Shown piece by piece: positions 55,310-64,000 of a DNA stretch of 64,000 bases. Position numbers and translations under genes: made by a program. The stretch covers positions 20,584,001-20,648,000 of the forward strand of contig CM120641.1 in the NCBI GenBank assembly GCA_051362555.1, in the 5' to 3' direction. The notes below the pieces were generated by a model, which made no database searches, was not told where the DNA came from, and worked only from the letters and a program-made list of their open reading frames with translations. Each line of letters begins with the position of its first letter. The first letter of the stretch is position 1. Source of the DNA: Lingula anatina. Lineage: Eukaryota > Animalia > Brachiopoda.

Positions 55310-58300
55310 CAATTGATTGAAGAATCTAAACCTGATTTTTTCATGAAATAGATATAAAACTTTCAAAAAAGAAAATAATAAGAAAGAAACTTAATCCACT
55401 TCTTCTCCAAAAGTTTTAGCAACAGAAAATCAATCCTAATGAACACAAAAAATTGCTTCTCATAATATAATAAAAAGGAAAAAACCTTCCAGTCCATGTA
55501 TAAGGGAGTGTCATGAGGCATCAAGTCCCCATAAACTAGTCCCAGGCAGTACAAATCAATGAATGCTCGGAGATATCATGTCAACAAGCATTTGTGTCAC
55601 TCACTGCCAACAGAAACAAATTTGACACAATTTATGAGCAGTGATAGTATCCTAACAGTGATACAGCATGTGCGTGTTAGGCCCTATGATTGCCTATTAT
55701 CACTCGACACATAATCAAATCTGGGAGTTGATGACAGTTCTATATTCATAAACATTTATTTAAACATCAGCCTTTCAGTTTAAGTTTCATAAATAAAAAA
55801 ACATAACAGGCTTTTTGTCTTTGGCACAATTCTGATTACTTTTTAGTTGTATGGGTTTCCTTTTTTAAGATCTTGTAAGCTGGATGTGCATACAAAAGGT
55901 CTTTTTTTTTTACACGGCCATGTCTGGCAACATCTCAATTTAGCAAGTCCTAAGCATCATTAAACAATTAGATATGCAAGTCACAAACTTTATGTCCCTG
56001 TTCTCTTATGCTCCTTGGCCAAGTTGAGGTGAAGTGTGATAACAACAGCCAAGTCTTACATCATAGCTATAAAAAAGTAAATCAACTTACAAGTTGGGCC
56101 TCGGTTGATAATGGGTCTGGTTGGACCTTGCCGATTTTTTTCGGCTATGATGCTGGGAAGAGTCGTAACAACAGCAACATACTTGTAGCCAGCGAGGCCA
56201 ATGCTTATCACGTCGCATGGGTCTAGCAGGTATTCTTGGTCGGTGCTGCACTTAGTCCCATACCAGCTCACCATCCATCTCTCCGTCACTCACTCCAGGC
56301 ACTAACTGAACAAATGCACTCTGAGAGTACACAGTAGCAACCCACATAACAAACCTCCCTTTGTTTTATACTTAAGGTGTTTCCCGAAAAAAAAAAAAAA
56401 AAGACTATTATATATGGACCATATTTGCAGCTCAATAAAGGAATTATCCCTCAGACTTCTGTAGTTGGATCTTGACAAGTCCCGAGTCTCAGAGCATGAT
56501 TACAGCTGTCTATCCTTAGTCAACCAAAACACAATGTCTACTCGACCTGCCATCTGAGTTCACAAACTCCTAGTTTTCACAAGCACTGGCAAATGAATGT
56601 CTCTCTGTAATATCGCTGCACAAAATCAGACTTCCTTTCCAGTAAGAAAACGAAAATATCATGTGATTTTGCATGAGCATCCAGTCAGTAAGAAGTTGCC
56701 TTTCAGTTGGAAGCCACTTTTAAGATGAAAGCCTCAGTTCCTTCTCCGACTGCCACTAAGCGTAAGGATCTAGTTCTGACAACCTTTGAAGATTCATTGA
56801 GGTTCCTTCAGCCCTTCTCACCAAGGGCCCCATACCTGGGGTTGACTACGACCTGTGCAGATGATTGTTCAGATGTGCAAAAACTCCTGTCAACTTAGAT
56901 TGAACACGTTAACCACATCCCCCTTTCCCTGCATGTGCTCCGTTCACCTCGTGCCAAGGATATATGCCAGAATAATCGTCTTATCTATCCGGCTTTTCTT
57001 TTTTTGGGAGCACATAACACACATAATCTTGCATAAGTGGATTCTATAAATTGACTCATCTGATCAGACCTCACTCCATCTGTGAAGGTAAAAAAAATTG
57101 CCGTGGGGAGAAGAAAAAGATGACGCCAGGTATTGTAGCATCAAACCAATATGTATCCGTCCGAGAAAAAAGTTCACCAAATGCCTGGTAACACCTCCCA
57201 AACATAAAGAATAGCAAAGTCTGGGTTATTTATCAGCTTTTTTTGCAACCAGAACAAAGTAAAATGATCTCACTTGTTGCCCACTTTGTGAAGCCACAAA
57301 TATGAGGGAGCTTTGTCCCCCCATCTTTTCTACAAGGTAAGCCCTGCGAGTAATACTGTGTTGGGCCACCACAAAAATTCTCCAGGGATAAGATGTTTGA
57401 TCTGCCCGGCTGGCGACACGCACTGTCTGAATCACCTGTTGCGGACAATTTTTTCCAAACAATTATATCACTCCAGCACATTACTTTCAACCTCAAGTTA
57501 TTTATGCTGTATTGTATCATCTTTATGGGCTCTTATGCATAACAAGCATTTCTAAATTGATATTTCATTTCTAAAAAGTTATTCATAATTTGCAGATTAT
57601 TTTCTATCAAAGAATTCATGTAGTAAACTTATTCAAATTACGTTTCCATTAATGAAAAGAAAACACGAAAGTTATTCCAGTAAAACACGGCCGAAAGCAA
57701 CAATAAAAGAGAAATGGGTTTTTCCTATCTGTAGCAATTTTTTCATGGAATCAAGAAGTTACGTCAGCAGATGTATATAGCCACTCATCTATCAAGACAC
57801 TTTCATTCTAACCTCTGTGCCATCTTTCAAACCCTGGCCAAATATTACCTGTTATAGTAAGTGTAACACTTCAAAATGTGGTAAGAAATAGAACCACCTA
57901 CTGTTGAACTTTATTATTAATCACTACACTTGTTAACAAACTACTATACATTAGCCTTTAATAGTATGGAGGGTAACCTTTCTTAGTTATCTTCTCCAAA
58001 CATGATTTATCTGCTGTCATCTGACTTAACCTACAAGCTGCATCTAGATCATTTTTTTTTTCAAAAATAAGACTCCCAGATTTTAATTAATGTCTTCCTG
58101 CTTTTTTGTAAACCAAGTCTGAGTTTATCTATTTCTGTACCTACTTATAATTCAGCAAAGAACCCAGCTGAGGAAGGGCATGTATTTTTTGGCTGCACTG
58201 ATTGTACAGCTGTGGTTTACAAGTAGATAAGAAAAAAGGTAATACAATTCTGTCACAATATTTTCAACAAAAAAAGTAAGTTTTAGCAATCTTATTTATG

Positions 58301-61300
58301 GTCTTCACTCACACAATAAAAAGGTTTCAGCTTCTGCTCATCTTCACATCATCATTTGAGAGAGAGTCACACACCGAAGCTGAGAAAAAATGTGGTTTGA
58401 GGTGGGAGGATTATATTAACATATTGGTAAAGAAAAAAATCAGAATGGACAGACAGTATAAGCTAAAACTATAGCAGAATGTGCTTCTCACTAAAAACGA
58501 AAAAAAAAAAGAAAAGAAAAGGCGTTCATGGAAACTCCTGAATTGACAAAATAAAAGAAAATGAAAAATAAAAATAAAAATGCCAGGCACATCCAGCAAT
58601 TAAGGATATTAAATTACTAGCTTGCTCAAGTCATTTAATTCAGAAGATATTTGTTAAAATTAACACTGTGACCTTGAAATCTAGGACAAGGTGACTCAAT
58701 GGCCAATTCATACAATAGTCTATGAGACACCTGCAATTGGGGGACAACTCAACAAACAATGTCTTCAAAGGTATCTGTGCTCAAAATAAGGTGACCCCAG
58801 TAAAGTTTGTGACAGACAGACAGACACAGAAATAAAATTCCCTTTCTAATACACCTGCAGTGGTATTGCAATATCTAGGATACGCTATCACATGCTTAGC
58901 TAATTTTGGTGCTTTTGGTTTCATAGACCCAATCTGAGAACTGCTGGACATGGAAAAGCAAAATTGCACAGCTATATTTCATTTTTTTTTTTAATTTGTA
59001 AAATTGTAAAAGAGAATGAATTAAAATGCTCTCTCTCTCTTTGATCAATGGACATATGGACACAGACGGACGGACAGACAGACAGATACGTCCAGATGTA
59101 CAATGATATGATTGGGTTTTTAATCTAATTGCAGTGAGACAGAAACATGGCATCCAACAACAGACAGAGAGGCAAAAAGAATTCCTGCATATGCCCTACT
59201 TAACTTGCATGGAGCTATCAAAACTGAAGAGATTTCAAATAAGAAAAAAAAGACTACTTATGGCAGTTGGAACTGGGGCAGTTTATTCTCTTTATTTACA
59301 TAGACCTGTTTGAGATAATAAAGTCAACTTATGCTACTGTATATACATACATGTTAGTCTATGGCTTGAATAAAGGCAATTCTACCAGTGGACCTTATAT
59401 ATATATGATATCATATATAAGGTGGAAAAATAATCAATAACAGACAACAAACTATGGTAATTACCCATAAATTTCTAACATTCTAATATTTCACTAATTG
59501 AATATTTATCATTTTAGTGGTTCAGAAAAATGCACTTTCTGCAATGAACTCAAACTGCATTTCAATCATTATAGGTTTCACTCAAAAAACATTCCAAAGG
59601 GAGCTATTATATTATAGGTTGACCTGAATTTATTGAGTAATTACCGTACCAGTCAGAAGTAAAGAGAAATAAGGTGCGCTCCTCCAGACAGTCCTCAAGA
59701 TATACTTAGAACAGATTAGTCTGAATAATACACAACTTGCCAACATATACCCCTGGGGCAAATTATGAGCCTGCATGAAAGAATTCTTATGAAACCCACA
59801 GTGTCAAGTCATAATAATTTCCTTGACTCTTGTATACATGCAAATTAACGTAACTTCAGAGTCGGACTAGTATCAATAGCAACAATCTTTCATAACAAGT
59901 TCAACTTTTACATCTATCACGAATTTTGGGGGTTTTACGTGGTGTCACTTTATTGTGCAGTACAATACATTGGTAATAATGGGCTATGAAAGGAGCATCA
60001 TGTCAGGAAAGAAATATTACAATTAAGTCAACAATGTCTCATGCACAGCTGGGTGTATGATTTGGCTTGACATTGGTAGGTATGACTGCATTTCAGCAGG
60101 TTTTCAGTGTACATGTACATCTTACCTCAGATTATAGGGAACTTATGAAAATACAAAACAAAATGGATTTTTTGTTTATGTTGTTTTGGACTGTCTCATC
60201 AATATATTCCAGTTACACACATCCTTTCTCTGAGATGAAGTGATAAAAACAGCAAAGCAAAACAAAACATAAAATGTGCCAGGGGTCATTCATGCAAGCA
60301 TGTAACTATGTTTGTATTGAGGAAAATAATTCAGCACTGACAAATTATAAGACTTCATTATCATTATTATCATTATTATTATTCCTAATCCAACTTTAAT
60401 AAGCTATTTGGCTACTTTCAGAAAAAAAATTACTTAACCATTAAAACATCACAAGACTACTGTTTCACTTTCCAAATAATCTCCTGTGTATGTTTACTTT
60501 CACTAGTATCTGATTTTCAAATCTTGTCACTGTTATGGCTGAAAATTGATAGGGAGTTTTATCAACTCAAACAATGTGCATCTTGTCACTTCCATTATCT
60601 CTATTTTTTGTATGTGCACAAGTTTTGATTTCAGTACTGTTTATCACAGTAATAGGCAGTACTAAGCAAATGTTTCAAATATAAATATCTTTGTTAATTT
60701 TTTGTTCTTCTGTTACCATAGACAAATATCAGCAACCTGATATGAATGTTCTTTTTTTCTCTATTTTTGTCTTTTCAAAAATTCTGGTCTATCAATCAGA
60801 TGATTGATCTTTGGTACCTTCACTCATACTTGTTAGAACTGTGCATTGATTGTAGATCAGTCTATAAGTTTGTAGTTTATTAAGTGTGAGCTTGAGATAA
60901 GGCAGAAAAATAGCAGAGAGCAAAGACTACAAGAACTGAAATAAAAACTTCATCTCTCTTTTCTGTCACTGAAAAATAGCTAAAGGTCTCTACCTCTAAC
61001 ATTTACGCAATTTATTGTTTTAAGATTGGTCAACATGTTTTGTGTCCTTTCCATACTTAATAAAGCAATGCCAGATATAATTGTCATATCTACTTAATTA
61101 TCAAATCAGTAAATCATTTTATCTCATATTTTAAATGATTTTTACAGAGCAACATTAATGTTAATAAATACCATTATAATCAAATTACTTAGATTACTTA
61201 AATTAATTAGTTGACTCTTCAAATTTCCACTTCAGGATATAAATCATCTTGACTACAACATATTACAATCAGTTTTCTCTTCTTTTCTTTTTTTTTTTTC

Positions 61301-61669
61301 TTTTTTTATATCACCTGGGGCCTCTTTCGCAGAATTTAAGCCTAGGCCCAGTTTTGATGGAAAAATAGAGGGGTGGATCCAGAGATATTTTCTGACAGTC
61401 TTCCAAATTTTCTTCGTTGTTCCATCCTCTTTTTTTAACATCTTCTGACAAAAAAAAAATGCCTGTCAATGTAAACTTGAAAAATTCTGACCATCTTCTA
61501 GAAGACCTAGATGACAGCTTCCGTCCACCCCTGAAATCTAATTCTAACCACTAATCTATACCTACCTGACATCCTTCCTTGGCGATTCCTCTGGATAAAT
61601 GAGAGGGAAGTTGTTGTCACACAAGTCGTTCAGAAGGATGTCCAGGTCAGTGGAGATACTGCTCAATAA
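28250..61669 (-). CDS. spri: RIN/Sprint family Ras and Rab interactor (SH2, RH, VPS9, RA domains), 5' partial; exons 61669-61566, 51137-50981, 46456-46271, 44968-44784, 36464-36373, 35341-32339, 32193-32121, 31817-31715, 31456-31367, 30972-30781, 30587-30456, 29902-29842, 29606-29401, 29197-29080, 28805-28731, 28386-28250
   Basis: SH2 (LLERLIKTHPIW...FIVRKS), LGQDFWSS, RH (FGSTIENFLQC...VRQFMSGIKNYL), VPS9 (AADDFLP...GEGGYYLTTLSSA), RA (MIAHKFKVTNPQDYGLY). All 15 junctions GT/AG and phase-consistent; 4914 nt in frame. Confidence 0.9.
29401..29606 (-). CDS. spri: RIN/Sprint VPS9 catalytic exon
   Basis: DFLPMFIYVL...EADYMWGLL...GEGGYYLTTLSSAV. Confidence 0.92.
30000..30336. mobile_element. Kolobok-like non-autonomous element with TTAA TSD
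   Basis: TTAA|AGGGATAATAACTCTTCGT ... ACGAAGAGTTATTATCACT|TTAA (18/19 TIR match). Confidence 0.8.
32339..35341 (-). CDS. spri: RIN/Sprint giant central exon (3003 nt), low-complexity linker
   Basis: 1010-aa ORF trimmed to the TTTACAG acceptor and GTAAGT donor; phase 1 at both ends fits the neighbouring exons. Confidence 0.9.
38340..38730. repeat. Degenerate AT-rich tandem duplication (about 230-bp period, GTCATC-containing subunits)
   Basis: 38351-38500 aligns by eye with 38580-38725. Confidence 0.55.
38920..39330 (+). mobile_element. Possible Tc1/mariner 3' remnant
   Basis: Ends ...TTTTGTGCCACCCTG|TA (CAGGGTG-type TIR with TA); ORF fragment EEIGDITPSALRV...RMSRAFLQGKRHL..LL loosely resembles a mariner C-terminus. 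No left TIR found. Confidence 0.3.
41087..44298. mobile_element. HINE/Helentron-associated element (about 3.2 kb) carrying a tandem array
   Basis: ACTAG end + hairpin GAGGCG-ATAC-CGCCTC; subterminal inverted repeat TTGTACCACCAGC (41123) / GCTGGTGGTACAA (44286); terminal hairpin GTACCGCCAGCG-CTAA-CGCTGGTGGTAC; (CGGAGCCGG)n microsatellite; AA/TT flanks. Confidence 0.85.
41293..43292. repeat. 146-bp tandem repeat array, about 13.7 units
   Basis: TAGGTCAAAGGTCA-type anchors at 41437, 41583, 41729, 41875, 42021 ... 43189, spaced exactly 146 bp. Confidence 0.97.
44784..44968 (-). CDS. spri: RIN/Sprint SH2 core exon
   Basis: SFIVRKSSQQATMALSVRLP...IPVLVEYYC; TTTCAG acceptor, GTAAGT donor. Confidence 0.9.
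46222..46256. repeat. (TAT)n microsatellite
   Basis: Direct reading. Confidence 0.9.
46271..46456 (-). CDS. spri: RIN/Sprint exon with SH2 N-terminus
   Basis: IPLLERLIKTHPIWYLPNISRAGTIHLL; TTTCAG acceptor, GTAAGA donor. Confidence 0.9.
49255..49396 (-). mobile_element. Possible degraded tRNA-derived SINE
   Basis: Minus strand TAGCTCCGTGGG (A-box-like) and TTTGAATACC (B-box-like); the plus strand has GGTGGAAA...AGAAAACC resembling a SINE core. Highly decayed. Confidence 0.25.
50357..50612. repeat. Local imperfect duplication (about 160-bp period)
   Basis: AATCATCAAG.TATGTCATAA...TTCTCAGAATAACGAG...TAAGATTTTAGT...AGACTGGTGAACT occurs twice. Confidence 0.7.
55243..55308. repeat. (GT)n microsatellite
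   Basis: Direct reading. Confidence 0.95.
56091..56218 (-). CDS. spri: Putative alternative first coding exon of RIN/Sprint (MRRDKHWPRWLQVCCCYDSS...)
   Basis: ATG at 56218 with an in-frame upstream stop; open to a GTAAGT donor at phase 2, which matches the phase-2 acceptor at 51137. Confidence 0.5.
58615..58870. mobile_element. Degraded HINE/pearl-like remnant
   Basis: ACTAG start, TGACCTTG...CAAGGTGA inverted motif, (GACA)n microsatellite. Confidence 0.35.
61368..61533. mobile_element. 168-bp MITE family, copy 3 (diverged)
   Basis: GAGGGGTGGATCCAGAGATATTTTCTGACAGTCTTCC ... TCCACCCCTG, homologous to 24149-24316. Confidence 0.7.
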
Positions 61670-61854
61670 CTGCAATAGAGAGAGAGAGGAAAAAAAATGA
61701 ACACTAACTGTTATTATAAGTCATACAAACACACCTGCACTAACTTTGCTCTTTTTAAGTACATTTTGGTTGGTTTAGTTTGCAAAGGCATTCACATTAC
61801 AATTAACCCAAATACTTCTGGACAGATCTTGAATGCCGTGTGAAGTTTCTCAAG

Positions 61855-61942
<88 letters not shown>
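61855..61942. repeat. (AT)n microsatellite
   Basis: Direct reading. Confidence 0.95.
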
Positions 61943-61944
<2 letters not shown>

Positions 61945-62504
61945 ATTAAGTTACATCATGATGGGTCCTTAGTATGGTCAAGCAGATTCCATTTGAGACT
62001 GATTGTAATCAACTTTTAAAAAGGCTGACAACAAACTGTAAACCTTGCAGGATGTAATGCAATGTGCACCCTCCTGTTTTGTAGACAGATTCATTTCAAA
62101 TTTAAAACTGGTTTAGAACAGACGTATAAAAGATGTAGATTTAGACCACCACACACGCCTCATGTGGTCCTCACATAATTGACATTATATACTATTCAAT
62201 GTAGATTTAGCAAAGATATAAAACGGGCTTTAAGCAATAAAAACACTTAAAGAAGGATAAACTCAATTAATGTTCTTTTGCTCCACTGCAGAATTAGTGC
62301 ACACTGTAAACAAGTACCTAAAACTTAATAAAAATTAGGTTTTGATAACTAAAACATGGTTATAGAAAAGCAAACCATCAAATTAACTAAAGCTGGTTTC
62401 CAGTGGAGATGGATAAATCTGTTTCATAGCAAGAAAGAAACAGTTAAAGCAATAGTTACTTCATTTTAGTGGTAACCTGCACATTTATCTTGCACTGAAA
62501 CTGA

Positions 62505-64000
62505 CAACAAGGCAGCAAAGCTGTCAAATGTACAGACAAAAAGCAGGAAATAACAAAATAGGCTACTGTCAATTCTGATGTAAAAGTACATTATGTTAAA
62601 CTGCAAATTCAACATCAAATTTTAATTATGCTCAACAGGTAATACCAATGTAAGTAAAATGTGTAACAAACATAAGGCTTCAGGCCCATGGGAGTTCAAG
62701 TTCACCCTTTGAAAATGTAAAACTTCCAGAAAAAGAAGTCAATTAGACTGCTTTTCCAACTCAGGCTGCATTTTAGTTCTGTATTTCTTTTTTGAAAGTT
62801 TGGCAATTATAAGTAACATGGTTTTCCCATAATGGTCATCATGGCAGCAGCACCCAAAATTGTGTTTTCTTCTATTCTGATGCAATATTACATAATGGTT
62901 ACCAGCATAATGACAATCAATTTTGTAATAATAAAATATATGTATCATGGATTTTCAGAAATTGTGACAAGCATGGGTCTTCAAGCCTGTGGAACTTCAA
63001 AGTCACACCTTGAAAATGCCAATATGTGAAAAATTAAAATTTCACAAAAAAACTGTTTAACTGGCAGATTGCATTGCCTACTGAAGCTATATTTTAGTCC
63101 CATGTTTCTTTCCTGTAAGTTTGAGAACAGTAAGTGACATGGTTTTTCTTAAATGGTCATCATGGGAGCAGTGCCCAAAATAGGTTTTTTCAAATTTTGA
63201 TGCAATATTACATAATGTTTAACAGCATAATGACCATCAATTTTTAATAATAAAATATTAGTATCATGAATATTCAGAAAATGTGACTAGCAAAGGTCTT
63301 CAGGCCCATGGAACTTTAAAGTCACAACTTGAAAATGCCAAAATGTAAACAAGACAGCACTGTTCTGAAATGTTTTTTTTTTTCCATTTTTAACATTTTT
63401 TAACATAAAACAAAATTAACAGTTTACTGCCATTTTTATATGATCAACTAAAAAAATTGATGAGATGGGAAAAATATCAATGGAGCAGTGTTAAATGTCC
63501 AATTTCTTCCATTCTGAGATTCTGAACATAGTGAATGATTGAATCTGACAAATTGCAATGATATGAGTTTATTTCCATTTTCAAAACTTTATTACACAAT
63601 ACACGATAACAAATTAAACATCATTTTTATAAAATCAACTAACAATGTTGTAAAGATGCAGGAAATATCAAACAAACACTTTTATGTATCTTATTAATTA
63701 AATAATGAAACTGTTAACATGCCTAAGAACTGAATCTGAGAAAATGTGCAAAAAAAAAAAAAAAAAACATAACTTTTTAAATAATGGCCCAATTATGCTG
63801 ATCTTTTAACTCAACCTGCGTTTTAGCAGGATTGACCACTTCTGTGAGTTTAATGACAATTGGCCTATCTGTTTTTCTTATATTGTGTTTACAGTGTTGC
63901 ATATATGCTGAAAAATGAAAAAAAAAAGCATAACTACTAATATATTGGCCTGATCATGCCGATTTTCTAACTTGACCTGCGTTTTAGTAAGATAGATTAC
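62505..64000. mobile_element. Large HINE-like element, copy B (runs off the window)
   Basis: Same start (AACAAGGCAGCAAAGCTGTCAAATGTACAGACAAAAA) and long homology to 20150-21650. Confidence 0.7.

Noticed and set aside
56056-56289. 77-aa ORF-track frame MTERWMVSW...
   Set aside because: Its phase at the GTAAGT donor (1) does not match the downstream RIN acceptor; the MRRDKHW frame does.

Overview
AT-rich, intron-containing animal (invertebrate-like, probably lophotrochozoan or deuterostome) genomic DNA; no prokaryotic features, rRNA, tRNA or CRISPR seen. Left to right: (1) last two exons of a claudin/PMP22-like tetraspan gene (+); (2) two tandem TRPV-like ankyrin/6TM channel genes with uninterrupted CDS (+, 3188-5014 and 8334/8346-10172) showing mosaic identity; (3) a TATA-driven 3-exon orphan gene (-, 199 aa); (4) a 4-exon TMEM179-family gene (-, 268 aa) assembled by hand with consistent splice phases; (5) a large RIN/Sprint Rab5 GEF gene (-, SH2-RH-VPS9-RA, at least 16 exons, one of 3.0 kb) whose 5' end leaves the window and which seems to have an alternative Cys-cluster first exon. 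Introns hold many non-autonomous DNA elements: Helentron-associated (HINE-like) elements, one carrying about 14 x 146-bp repeats with nuclear-receptor DR1 sites, CAG-terminal MITEs with 5-6-bp TSDs, and a TTAA Kolobok-like MITE. All family assignments come from recalled motifs, not database searches.
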